Of a stretch of DNA of 40,000 nucleotides, positions 25,392 to 34,396 are shown piece by piece. This stretch comes from Halobellus rarus. Lineage in GTDB: Archaea; Halobacteriota; Halobacteria; Halobacteriales; Haloferacaceae. A program made the translations under genes and the position numbers. The DNA lies in assembly GCF_024494595.1 (NCBI RefSeq), contig NZ_JANHDI010000008.1, positions 145,527-185,526 of the forward strand, given 5' to 3'. Position 1 is the stretch's first letter. The number at the start of each line of letters is the position of its first letter. Below the pieces are notes generated by a model. The model saw only the letters and a program-made list of their open reading frames with translations, was not told where the DNA came from and searched no databases.

Positions 25392-25507
25392 CCGTCGAAC
25401 GAACGCTCGACGGCCCGAGGTCGCGTTTTCGACGGTCCGAGGCCTCGTTTTCGACGGTCGCGAACGGACAGCGCCTGCGTCCCGCGGAACGAACCGTTTT
25501 TGCGGTC
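25392..25507. promoter_or_regulatory. Cluster of TTTTCGACGG-type motifs: one palindrome, a 22-nt tandem pair and one degenerate copy
   Basis: CCGTCGA-n8-TCGACGG lies at 25392-25413. CCGAGGTCGCGTTTTCGACGGT (25415-25436) is followed directly by CCGAGGCCTCGTTTTCGACGGT (25437-25458). CGAACCGTTTTTGCGGTC lies at ~25489-25507, about 25 nt before the GTG at 25527. Confidence 0.4.
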
Positions 25508-25526
25508 ACCTCCCCTCGCTACGAGC

Positions 25527-25922
25527 GTGCCGAGCGACTTCGACGAGTGGCCCGACGAACCCGACGAACCCGACGAACCCGATGAGCCGGATCCCGAGGC
25601 GCGCTGGGGTTCGCCCGAGGAGGACCTCGTCTCGGTGCCCTCCGTCGAGATACCCGGCGAAGGTGAAGAGGAGGGTGCAGGCGTCGAGATCGACGGCGAC
25701 CTCGCGAAGTTGTTCTGGGTCACGGTCGTGTACGCGAACGTCGCGCTCGCGGGGATCAGCATCGGCCTCCTGCTCGTCGCGTTCCGCGGGCAGTGGGGCT
25801 GGGGCGGCGGCGCGGTCGCGGTCGGTCTGTTCGCGCTCTACCGGACGTACGACCTCTATCGCACCTATCAGGAGGAGTTCGGCGGCGAGGGCGACGAGGG
25901 CGACGAGCCGGCCGACGAATGA
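25527..25922 (+). CDS. Small membrane protein (2 predicted TM helices) with acidic PDE-repeat N-terminus; GTG start
   Basis: 131 aa. The TM segments are LFWVTVVYANVALAGISIGLLLVAF and WGGGAVAVGLFALY. The frame has no Met codon at all downstream of the overlap with the 25201 gene, so a non-ATG start (GTG at 25527) is required. Confidence 0.55.
   Translation: MPSDFDEWPDEPDEPDEPDEPDPEARWGSPEEDLVSVPSVEIPGEGEEEGAGVEIDGDLAKLFWVTVVYANVALAGISIGLLLVAFRGQWGWGGGAVAVGLFALYRTYDLYRTYQEEFGGEGDEGDEPADE
25551..25595 (+). repeat. 9-bp coding microsatellite (CCCGACGAA x3 plus two degenerate units) encoding PDEPDEPDEPDEPD
   Basis: Read directly from the sequence at 25551-25595. Confidence 0.8.
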
Positions 25923-26041
25923 CTGTCGGCCTGTTCCGTCGAACAGGACCCGGCGAGCCGTCGCGACGACAGCGGGCCACGCCGGCGAGGTCCAGACCCA
26001 CCAACGCAACCGATAAGCGCCCGTCGACCCACCTCCCGGCT

Positions 26042-26494
26042 ATGCAGACCGTCCGCGACGCCGACGGCGAACGCTACTTGCTCGTGAAGCGCTCGACGGA
26101 TTCGAGCCTGGTTCGCGATCCGGAGACCGGCGCGGAGCGCTACCTCCCGAACGGGGAGTTGCGGTTCGGGGCAGAGGAGGAATCGCCGCTGTCGGTCGCC
26201 GCCTCCGGCGTCCCCGAAGCGGTCCGCCGCGTCGTCTCCGCCGCACACGACGAGCGCTCGCTGGGGCTGCTCGTCGAACTCGCGGACAGAGGACCGATTT
26301 CGGTCGTTGAACTGCTCGATGCGTATGATCTGTGTGAATCCGATCTACACGGTCTGCTCGCGGAGTTTCGCGCGGCCGGACTCATCGACGAGGCGACGGT
26401 CCACGGCGAGCGCGGGTACGACGCGACCGAAGTGACGGAACGCGCGGTCGCGGCGCTGCGTGTTGGTGACGAAAGCGAAACCGGTTCGAGATAG
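26042..26494 (+). CDS. Putative winged-helix DNA-binding protein
   Basis: 150 aa from the ATG at 26042 (MQTVRDADGERYLLVKR...). The C-terminal half LGLLVELADRGPISVVELLDAYDLCESDLHGLLAEFRAAGLIDE looks like a wHTH. The longer track ORF (25793) overlaps the previous gene. Confidence 0.55.
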   Translation: MQTVRDADGERYLLVKRSTDSSLVRDPETGAERYLPNGELRFGAEEESPLSVAASGVPEAVRRVVSAAHDERSLGLLVELADRGPISVVELLDAYDLCESDLHGLLAEFRAAGLIDEATVHGERGYDATEVTERAVAALRVGDESETGSR

Positions 26495-26518
26495 TACGAA
26501 AAACGCGCAGAGAGCCGA

Positions 26519-27739
26519 TCAGGCGAAGGCGCGGCTCGCAGTCCCCTCGTCGACGGTCTCTGCCTGGATCTTCTCCCAGGCCTCGACGAAGTCCGCCATC
26601 GAAATCTCGGTGCGGTCGTCGCGGATCGCGAACATCCCGGCCTCCGTACAGATCGCCTTGATGTCGGCGCCGGAGGCGTCGTCGGTCAGTTCGGCCAGTT
26701 GCTCGAAGTCGACGTCGTCGGCGACGTTCATGTCGCGGGTGTGGATCCGGAAGATGATCGCACGACCCTCGTGGCCGGGTTTGGGGACCTCGATGAGGCG
26801 GTCGAAGCGACCGGGGCGGAGGATCGCCTCGTCGAGCATGTCGAAGCGGTTCGTCGCGGCGATGATGCGGACGTCGCCGCGCTCGTCGAAGCCGTCCATC
26901 TCCGAGAGCAGTTGCATCATCGTCCGCTGGACCTCGGCGTCCCCGGAGGTCTTCGAGTCCGTCCGCTTGGAGGCGATGGCATCGATCTCGTCGATGAACA
27001 GGACCGCCGGCTCGTTCTCACGAGCGACCTCGAAGAGGTCGCGAACGAGCTTCGCGCCCTCCCCGATGAACTTGTGGACGAGTTCGGAACCGGCCATCTT
27101 GATGAAGGTGGCGTCGGTCTCGTTGGCGACGGCCTTCGCGAGCATCGTCTTGCCCGTCCCCGGCGGGCCGTAGAGCAGCACGCCCGACGGCGGCTGGATC
27201 CCGACCTGCTCGAACATCTCGGGTGACTCCAGCGGCATCTCGACGGTCTCGCGCACCTCCTGCATCTGTTCTTCGAGACCGCCGATGTCCTGGTAGGTGA
27301 TGTCCGGGCTGTGGTCGACCTGCATCACCCGGGCGCGGACGTCGGTCTCGTTGTCGAGTCGCTTGACCACCGACAGCGAGTTGTTGACGGCGACGCGCGC
27401 GTCGGGTTCGAGTTCCTCGCGCATCTCGTCTGTCACCTCGGTGAGCGCCTCTTGGTTGTTCCCGTGCTGTTTGATCACGACGCCGTCGTCGGTGAGTTCC
27501 TGTACCGTCGCGACGAACAGCGGCGACTGCTTGAGCTTCTTGTTCTCGTGGGTCAGTCGCTCGAGCTTCTGCTGGTACTTGTTGTTCTCGGCGTTCGCGT
27601 CCAGAAGTTTGTCCCGCATCTCCTCGTTTTGGGACTCGAGAACATCCAGTCGCTCTCTGAGCGCTTGGATCTTCTCCTGCTGCGACGCCGCCTCCTTGTC
27701 GTACGGGAGCTCGACGTCGTCCACAGTGTCAGTCATCAC
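26519..27739 (-). CDS. pan: Proteasome-activating nucleotidase (PAN, AAA+ ATPase)
   Basis: 406 aa. It has an N-terminal coiled coil. Walker A is GPPGTGKTMLAKA and Walker B is LFIDEIDA. A second region of homology is present. Confidence 0.95.
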   Translation of the reverse strand: MMTDTVDDVELPYDKEAASQQEKIQALRERLDVLESQNEEMRDKLLDANAENNKYQQKLERLTHENKKLKQSPLFVATVQELTDDGVVIKQHGNNQEALTEVTDEMREELEPDARVAVNNSLSVVKRLDNETDVRARVMQVDHSPDITYQDIGGLEEQMQEVRETVEMPLESPEMFEQVGIQPPSGVLLYGPPGTGKTMLAKAVANETDATFIKMAGSELVHKFIGEGAKLVRDLFEVARENEPAVLFIDEIDAIASKRTDSKTSGDAEVQRTMMQLLSEMDGFDERGDVRIIAATNRFDMLDEAILRPGRFDRLIEVPKPGHEGRAIIFRIHTRDMNVADDVDFEQLAELTDDASGADIKAICTEAGMFAIRDDRTEISMADFVEAWEKIQAETVDEGTASRAFA

Positions 27740-27891
27740 CCTCCGTAGGTCGTGGCTTCATAAGAGACTTCGGGTGGGGGTCACGCTACCGATGGACGAA
27801 TCCCCTGTTCGGATCGGACGGACCGGGCGCCTGCACCGGATTTTTGATTCTTTGTAGTAATATATCTATACAGCAAATATTATTACCCTAC

Positions 27892-27908
27892 ATCTCCCAG
27901 TGGGAGAT
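27892..27908. promoter_or_regulatory. Perfect palindrome ATCTCCCA-g-TGGGAGAT between an AT-rich TATA region and the start codon of the small HTH gene
   Basis: The AT-rich block is 27843-27888 (..tagtaatatatctatacagcaaatattatta..). The palindrome is at 27892-27908 and the ATG at 27913. Confidence 0.45.
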
Positions 27909-27912
27909 ACAC

Positions 27913-28176
27913 ATGAGCACTACCCAGGCATTCGCGCCCGAAGAGGAGTCGACCGACCGCTGGGACCCGGTCCGCGAGATGCCCCCGAGTGCGAAACTCG
28001 TCGCGAAGGTCCTCGACTACAACGAGACGCTGACACAGAGCCAACTCGCCGAGGAGACGCTCCTCCCGCCCCGGACCGTCCGGTACGCGATCTCCCGACT
28101 CGAAGACGCCGGCGTCGTCGACTCGCGGTTCTCGTTCACCGACGCCAGAAAGCGCCTGTACACCCTCGATCTGTAG
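27913..28176 (+). CDS. Small winged-helix (MarR/ArsR-like) transcription regulator
   Basis: 87 aa. The sequence reads KLVAKVLDYNETLTQSQLAEETLLPPRTVRYAISRLEDAGVVDSR. Confidence 0.7.
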   Translation: MSTTQAFAPEEESTDRWDPVREMPPSAKLVAKVLDYNETLTQSQLAEETLLPPRTVRYAISRLEDAGVVDSRFSFTDARKRLYTLDL

Positions 28177-28237
28177 CGGAACTCTCCGGCGGCTTCACGT
28201 CCGGAGCTTCAAGTACGATGGCGGGACCACTGTCGCC

Positions 28238-28636
28238 GTGACCGAGTGTCAGTCTCCCGCCCCCGAACCGTCCCCGGAATCAGTCCGTCGTTCGCTCCGA
28301 TCGCTCGCCGAGGGCTCCGCGCCGCGTCGCTCATCGACCGCTCCCGCGAGCGCCGGCTCTGACCCCGGGCCTCTCGAAGAAGTCGTCGAAGACGCCGAGC
28401 GCGCCGTCTCGTGTGCGGTAGCCGCGGCGGCGTTTCTGCTCGACGTCGGCCTCAACGCGCTCGACGACGCGGTCACGGCGGCGGAGCGCTGCGGCCACGA
28501 TCAGGTGGCACAGCGGGGACGTCGGTCGCGTGCGATCCTCCGCGACCTCGATGCCGCGTTATCTGGACGCGACCTCGACGCCGCATCAGCCGGACACGAT
28601 TCTGAGGGTGCCGTGATCGGCACAGCCAAACGGTGA
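28238..28636 (+). CDS. Hypothetical protein (GTG start), Ala/Arg/Asp-rich
   Basis: It is the only ORF filling the 560-nt gap. Third-position GC is high through the central part. No family was recognised. Confidence 0.4.
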   Translation: MTECQSPAPEPSPESVRRSLRSLAEGSAPRRSSTAPASAGSDPGPLEEVVEDAERAVSCAVAAAAFLLDVGLNALDDAVTAAERCGHDQVAQRGRRSRAILRDLDAALSGRDLDAASAGHDSEGAVIGTAKR

Positions 28637-28707
28637 GCGGGCGATGCCGCCACGCCGCGCCCCTCGACCGCCGCGAGGCGACCACTTCCGCTCCGCTCGC
28701 GGAACGG

Positions 28708-28713
28708 TTTTAG
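28708..28713 (+). promoter_or_regulatory. TATA-like box (TTTTAG) for mre11-rad50(-nth)
   Basis: It lies ~26 nt upstream of the mre11 ATG at 28739. Confidence 0.4.
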
Positions 28714-28738
28714 GACGTTACGCTCAAGAACGGAGCAG

Positions 28739-30253
28739 ATGACACGGGTGATCCACACCGGCGACACCCACCTCGGGTACCAGCAGTATCACTCGCCGGA
28801 GCGCCGCGAGGACTTCCTCGACGCGTTCGAGCAGGTGATCGACGACGCGGTCGAGGACGACGTCGACGCCGTCGTCCACGCGGGCGACCTGTTCCACGAC
28901 CGGCGGCCGGAGCTCCGGGACCTCCTCGGGACGATCCGCGTCCTCCGCCGGCTCAGCGAGGCGAATATCCCGTTTCTGGCCGTCGTCGGCAACCACGAGT
29001 CGACCCGCGGCGGTCAGTGGCTCGACCTCTTCGAGAACCTCGGGTTGGGCGAACGCCTCGGCGCGGAGCCCCGAATCGTCGGCGACACGGCGTTCTACGG
29101 GCTCGACCACGTGCCGAAGTCCCGACGGGACGACCTCGACTACGACTTCGAGCCGCACGACGCCGCTCACGCCGCGCTCGTGAGCCACGGCCTGTTCACG
29201 CCGTTCGCCCACGCCGACTGGGAGACCGAGACCGTCTTGGAGTGCTCGACGGTCGACTTCGACGCGGTGCTCCTCGGCGACAACCATGCCCCGGGTATCG
29301 AGACCGTCGACGGGGCGTGGGTGACCTACTGCGGGTCGACAGAGCGCGCCAGCGCCGCCGAGGAGGACGCGCGCGGGTACAACCTCGTGACGTTCGGCGG
29401 TTCCGAGGGCGACGATGAGGACGACGACGACGCCGTCAGCGCCGACGGCGAACCCCACACCGTCGACATCCGACGACGGACCCTCGACACGCGACCGTTT
29501 GTCTTCGTCTCCGTCGAGTTAGCGGAGGGCGAGGGCGCAGCGCGGGTCCACGAACAACTCCGCCAGCGCGAGGTCGAAGACGCCGTCGTCGTCGTCGAGG
29601 TGACCGGCGAGGGCGATCCGGTGACGCCCGCGTCGATCGAGGAGTCGCTCACGGAGCGCGGCGCGCTCGTCGCGCGCGTCACCGACCGCCGCGAGCAGGA
29701 GACCGACGCGGAGTTCGACGTCTCCTTCGCCGACCCCGACGACGCCGTCGAGGAGCGCGTCCGCGAGCTCGGGCTCTCCTCGGCCGCCCTCGACGTCGAC
29801 GAGACGATCCGCGCGAGCAAGACCGCCGACTCGAACGTCCGCGAGGTCGTCGAGGATCGGGTGTCGGACCTCCTCGACGCCGACCGCGACGCGTTCTCGC
29901 CCGCGTCGGATGCACCACCCGATGGCGGGGGTTCAGAGGTCGGAGACGACGCGGACCCGACGGCCGAGGGAGACGACGCGGACGCAGCGGACCCGACGAC
30001 CGAGAGAGACGACGCGGACGCAGCGGACCCGACGACCGAGAGAGACGAGGCGGACGCCAGTTCCGACGCAGCGCATAAAACCGAGACCGACGAAGCCGCC
30101 GAGGCTGCGGCCGACGTGGACACCGACACAGAAGTCGAGACCGAGGAAGACGCGGAATCAGAGCGCGACGTCGATTCCGGAGAGACCGGGACGGAACCCG
30201 CCGCGTCGGGGTCGAAACCGAGCGACGGACAGGTCACGATGGAGGACTTCTAG
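28739..30253 (+). CDS. mre11: DNA double-strand break repair nuclease Mre11 with long acidic C-terminal tail
   Basis: The phosphoesterase motifs are HTGDTHLG, HAGDLFH, GNHE and LLGDNH. The last ~130 aa are Asp/Glu/Ala/Thr-rich low complexity. Confidence 0.9.
   Translation: MTRVIHTGDTHLGYQQYHSPERREDFLDAFEQVIDDAVEDDVDAVVHAGDLFHDRRPELRDLLGTIRVLRRLSEANIPFLAVVGNHESTRGGQWLDLFENLGLGERLGAEPRIVGDTAFYGLDHVPKSRRDDLDYDFEPHDAAHAALVSHGLFTPFAHADWETETVLECSTVDFDAVLLGDNHAPGIETVDGAWVTYCGSTERASAAEEDARGYNLVTFGGSEGDDEDDDDAVSADGEPHTVDIRRRTLDTRPFVFVSVELAEGEGAARVHEQLRQREVEDAVVVVEVTGEGDPVTPASIEESLTERGALVARVTDRREQETDAEFDVSFADPDDAVEERVRELGLSSAALDVDETIRASKTADSNVREVVEDRVSDLLDADRDAFSPASDAPPDGGGSEVGDDADPTAEGDDADAADPTTERDDADAADPTTERDEADASSDAAHKTETDEAAEAAADVDTDTEVETEEDAESERDVDSGETGTEPAASGSKPSDGQVTMEDF
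29946..30060 (+). repeat. Tandem 36-bp coding repeat in the mre11 tail (two perfect copies plus partial flanking copies)
   Basis: GACGACGCGGACGCAGCGGACCCGACGACCGAGAGA occurs at 29972-30007 and again at 30008-30043. Degenerate copies lie on both sides. Confidence 0.8.
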
Positions 30254-32986
30254 ATGCGGTTCGAGCGAATCCGACTGCGGAACTTCAAGCCGTACGCGGA
30301 CGCGGACCTCGACCTCCGCGACGGCGTCACCGTCATCCACGGGCTGAACGGCAGCGGCAAGTCCTCGCTGCTCGAAGCCTGTTTCTTCGCCCTCTACGGC
30401 GCTCGCGCCCTCGACGAGACGCTCGACGACGTCGTGACGACCGGCGAGGACGAGGCCGAGGTGTCGCTGCAGTTCGTCCACGCGGGCGAGACGTATCACA
30501 TCCGGCGGGAGCTCCGGCGCTCCGGAGACCGGATGAGCACGACGACCTGCACGCTCGAAGGCCCCGACGTCGCTGTCGACGGCGCGACCGACGTCCGTGA
30601 GTTCGTCACCGACCTCCTCCGAATGGACGCCGAGGCGTTCGTCAACTGCGCGTACGTCCGGCAGGGCGAGGTGAACAAGCTCATCAACGCGACGCCGGCG
30701 CAGCGACAGGACACCATCGACGACCTCCTCCAGTTGGGGAAGTTAGAGGAGTACCGCGAGCGGGCCAGCCAGGCGCGGCTCGGCGTCGAGGACGTCCGAT
30801 CGGAGAAACGCGGCGCGCTGTCGAAGCTCGAATCTCAGATCGAGGCCAAGGAGGACGCGAACCTCCACGCGCGGTTGAACGACCTGGAGACGGAGCTCTC
30901 GGAGGTGGATTCGGAAATCGAGCGCTTCGAGGAGAACGAGGCGCGCGCCGAGGAGACGCTCGCCGACGCCGAGGAGGTCATCGCGACCTACGAGGAGACG
31001 AAGGCGAAACTCGACGGTCTCGACGACGACGTCGAGGAGCTGCGCGAGACGATCCGGGCCGACGAGTCGAAACGGGACGACCTCCGAGACGAGGTCGTCG
31101 ACCTCCGTGACCGGGTCGACGCGCTCGAATCCGACCTCGCCGCGGCGGTCGCGGAGACCGACCTCGGCGACGTCGCGGGCGACGCCTCCGAGTCCGGGGC
31201 AACTATCGACACCGACGCCGTCGATGCCGATGCGATCGAGAACCGCCGCGAGTCGCTCGACGAGGAGGAGGACGCGGTCCGCGAGGAGTTACAGGAGGCG
31301 CGGCAGCGCGAGACAATGCTGTCGAATCAGGCCGAGAAGCTGGCCGAGCGCGCCGAGGAGTTCGAGGAGCGCGCGGCGGAGACACGGGAGCGCGCCGACG
31401 AGGCCGAATCGACAGCTGCGGACGCCGAGACCCGTGTCGAGGAGCGCACCGAGGAACTGGAAACGCTCGACGACGAGATCGAATCGCTCCGCGAGCGGTT
31501 CGACGACGCGCCCGTCGACGTCGGCGAGGCGGCCGGCCACCGCGAGTCGAGACAGGAGTCGCTGCGGGAGACGCGCGAACGGGTTGCGACCACGCAGGCG
31601 GAACTGGAATCGGTTCGAGACCGCCTCGAAGAGGCGAAATCGCTCCGCGAGGAGGGCAAGTGCCCGGAGTGCGGCCAGCCGGTCGAGGGATCGCCGCACG
31701 TCGACGCCATCGGCGAGCACGAGGCGGAACTCGAGACGCTCGAAGCCGACCTCGACGACCTCCGAGAGGCGGCCAACGAACTCGAAGCGGACCTGGAGAC
31801 GGCCGAGTCGCTGGCCGAGGCGGAGACGCGACTGGGGAACCTCCGGGAGAGGCGCTCGCTGATCGAAAGTAGCATCGAGGACGCGCGCGAGACCGCCGGC
31901 GAACGCCGCGGGGAGGCCGAATCGCTCCGCGAGCAGGCGAACGAGCTCGACGAACAGGCCGCGGAAAAGCGCGGGGCCGCCGAGGCGCAATCGGAGGCGG
32001 CCGCAGACGCTGCAGAGCAGATCGCCTCGCTCGAAGCCGATCTCGACGCGATCGATTCGGTTCGCGAGCGCCTCGATCGAGTCGACAGGCTGCGCTCGGA
32101 GATCGACGAGACCGAGTCCGAGATCGATCGGCTCCGGGAGCGTCGACGCTCGATCGCCGAGCGAAACGAGGAGCGTCGGGAGTTCCTGCAGGAGAAGCGC
32201 GAGCGGCGCGAGGAACTCGCCGAGGCGGTCGACGAGGAGCGCATCGAGACGGCGAAGGAGAACAAGACGAAAGCCGAGGAGTACCTGGAGAACGTCGCCG
32301 CGAAACTCGCCGAACTCCGCGAGAGACGCGACGCCCTCCAGAACGACATCGGCGGCGTCAGAGGCGAACTCTCGGAACTGGAGTCGCTCCGTGCGGACAG
32401 AGCGCAACTCGCCGAGCGGGTCGACGCCCTCGACTCCTTGCACGAGGAGATATCGACGCTCGAATCGACGTACAGCTCCCTCCGCGCGGAACTCCGCCGT
32501 CGGAACGTCGAGACGCTCGAACGGATGCTCAACGAGACGTTCGACCTCGTCTACGGCAACGACGCCTACTCGCGCATCCGTCTCGACGACGAGTACGAAC
32601 TGACGGTCTTCCAGAAGGACGGCACCGCGCTCGACCCCGAACAGCTCTCCGGCGGCGAGCGCGCGCTGTTCAACCTCTCGCTGCGGTGTGCGATCTACCG
32701 GCTTCTCGCGGAGGGGATCGAGGGGTCCGCGCCGATGCCGCCGCTCATCCTCGACGAGCCGACGGTCTTCCTGGATTCGGGACACGTCTCGCGGCTCGTC
32801 GACCTCGTCGAGGAGATGCGTCGCCTCGGCGTCGCGCAGATCCTCATCGTGAGCCACGACGACGATCTCGTCGCCGCCGCGGACGACCTGGTGACCGTCG
32901 AGAAGGACCCGACGAGCAACCGCTCGTCGGTCGACCGCGTCGCCGACGCGTCGCTCTCGGCCATCGAGTCGAGCGCCGACGACTGA
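30254..32986 (+). CDS. rad50: DNA double-strand break repair ATPase Rad50
   Basis: 910 aa. Walker A is GLNGSGKSS. It has long coiled coils and the zinc hook CPECG. The signature is [13 protein letters not shown] and Walker B is [11 protein letters not shown]. The ATG directly follows the mre11 stop. Confidence 0.95.
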   Translation: MRFERIRLRNFKPYADADLDLRDGVTVIHGLNGSGKSSLLEACFFALYGARALDETLDDVVTTGEDEAEVSLQFVHAGETYHIRRELRRSGDRMSTTTCTLEGPDVAVDGATDVREFVTDLLRMDAEAFVNCAYVRQGEVNKLINATPAQRQDTIDDLLQLGKLEEYRERASQARLGVEDVRSEKRGALSKLESQIEAKEDANLHARLNDLETELSEVDSEIERFEENEARAEETLADAEEVIATYEETKAKLDGLDDDVEELRETIRADESKRDDLRDEVVDLRDRVDALESDLAAAVAETDLGDVAGDASESGATIDTDAVDADAIENRRESLDEEEDAVREELQEARQRETMLSNQAEKLAERAEEFEERAAETRERADEAESTAADAETRVEERTEELETLDDEIESLRERFDDAPVDVGEAAGHRESRQESLRETRERVATTQAELESVRDRLEEAKSLREEGKCPECGQPVEGSPHVDAIGEHEAELETLEADLDDLREAANELEADLETAESLAEAETRLGNLRERRSLIESSIEDARETAGERRGEAESLREQANELDEQAAEKRGAAEAQSEAAADAAEQIASLEADLDAIDSVRERLDRVDRLRSEIDETESEIDRLRERRRSIAERNEERREFLQEKRERREELAEAVDEERIETAKENKTKAEEYLENVAAKLAELRERRDALQNDIGGVRGELSELESLRADRAQLAERVDALDSLHEEISTLESTYSSLRAELRRRNVETLERMLNETFDLVYGNDAYSRIRLDDEYELTVFQKDGTALDPEQLSGGERALFNLSLRCAIYRLLAEGIEGSAPMPPLILDEPTVFLDSGHVSRLVDLVEEMRRLGVAQILIVSHDDDLVAAADDLVTVEKDPTSNRSSVDRVADASLSAIESSADD

Positions 32987-33054
32987 CCGCGTCCAGAGCC
33001 GTCGGTGAGATCCGCGGTCGACAGCGTCAACACCGACGGACACGACCTCCGCGT

Positions 33055-33741
33055 ATGGGCACGCCGCGTTCCGATCGCGAAGCACAGGCTGCGGAGGTTC
33101 TCGACAGGCTGTACGAGGAGTACCCCGACTCGACGATCTCGCTTAACTTCTCGAACCGGCTGGAACTGCTCGTCGCGGTCGTCCTCTCCGCGCAGTGCAC
33201 CGACGAGCGGGTCAACGAGGTGACCGAGGAACTGTTCGAGAAGTACCGGAGCGCGGAGGACTTCGCCGCGGCCGACGAGGCGGAACTCGCCGACGACATC
33301 TACGGGATCACGTTCCACAACAACAAGGCCGGATATCTGAAGTCGATCGGCGAGACGCTCCTCGAAGAGCACGAGGGCGAGGTGCCGGACACGATGGCCG
33401 AACTCACGGACCTGTCCGGCGTCGGTCGAAAGACCGCGAACGTCGTCCTCCAGCACGGCCACGACGTCGTCGAGGGCGTCGTCGTCGACACGCACGTCCA
33501 GCGGATCTCGCGACGACTCGGCATCGCCGAGGAGGAATCGCCGACGAAGATCGAACGCGAACTGATGGACCTCGTTCCCGAATCGGACTGGCAGCAGTTC
33601 ACGCACCTGTTCATCAGCCACGGCCGAGCGGTGTGCACCGCGCGCAACCCCGACTGTGAAGCGTGTGTGCTCGAAGACATCTGTCCGTCCTCGAAACTCG
33701 ACGGCGACGTCGACCTCGCGTCGGGCGAGACTTGGAACTAG
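33055..33741 (+). CDS. nth: Endonuclease III (DNA glycosylase/AP lyase)
   Basis: 228 aa from the ATG at 33055. The HhH-GPD motif is LSGVGRKTANVVL. The 4Fe-4S motif is C-x6-C-x2-C-x5-C (CTARNPDCEACVLEDIC). Confidence 0.9.
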   Translation: MGTPRSDREAQAAEVLDRLYEEYPDSTISLNFSNRLELLVAVVLSAQCTDERVNEVTEELFEKYRSAEDFAAADEAELADDIYGITFHNNKAGYLKSIGETLLEEHEGEVPDTMAELTDLSGVGRKTANVVLQHGHDVVEGVVVDTHVQRISRRLGIAEEESPTKIERELMDLVPESDWQQFTHLFISHGRAVCTARNPDCEACVLEDICPSSKLDGDVDLASGETWN

Positions 33742-33788
33742 CGGACAGCACTGACTGACGGCTGACGTTAGCCGACGGCCGAATCTCT

Positions 33789-34271
33789 CTATCCGAGCAC
33801 GTACCGACCGAGATACTGATACAGGCCGAGGAGCCACGCGAGGAACCAGAAGATCACGTAGCCGAAAACCCCGACTCGGAGTCGCCCCCGCCAGGCGCTC
33901 ATATCCGGATGGAGATCGTCGAGGTCGACGTCCTGCTCCGGGTTCTCGTAGAGGTCGGCGTCGCGTTTCACCTGGAGGATGCGGACGATGCCGGTCAGCG
34001 CGAGTACCAGGAGTGCGTACGCCTGCAATCCCAGGATCGCGTGGAGGACGGTCACGCCGCCGAGTTGATCGAGCAGCCGCGGGAGCATCCACGCGAGGAC
34101 CGGGATCGTGTTGAGCACGAGTCCGGGGACGATGAACTTCAGGTGGTACACGAGGACGTCCCAACTGACCGTCTCGGCGTCGATCATAATCCACGCGCCG
34201 TAGAGGTAGAACGGCAGACTCGCCGTGACCATCAGCGCGGCGGCTGTCGCGATGGCCGAATCGGATACCAT
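33789..34271 (-). CDS. Conserved integral membrane protein (4 predicted TM helices)
   Basis: 160 aa from MVSDSAIATAAALMV... The upstream part of the 237-aa track ORF is Arg/Pro-rich and likely spurious. Confidence 0.6.
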   Translation of the reverse strand: MVSDSAIATAAALMVTASLPFYLYGAWIMIDAETVSWDVLVYHLKFIVPGLVLNTIPVLAWMLPRLLDQLGGVTVLHAILGLQAYALLVLALTGIVRILQVKRDADLYENPEQDVDLDDLHPDMSAWRGRLRVGVFGYVIFWFLAWLLGLYQYLGRYVLG

Positions 34272-34396
34272 CGCCAGGGATTCGGACTCCCGGCGGGTAA
34301 AGTGTCCGACTTCCCCGCGGCGTCGCGTCGCGAATGCGGCGGCGACGCGATACCGAACCGTTACCCTAAGGAGTGTGCCACTCCAACACCCGGAAA

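Noticed and set aside
34323-34350. 9-bp inverted repeat TCGCGTCGC-n10-GCGACGCGA in the divergent intergenic region 34272-34396.
   Set aside because: It is made of CG-rich low-complexity sequence that is common in this genome's background, and I could not assign an associated promoter element.
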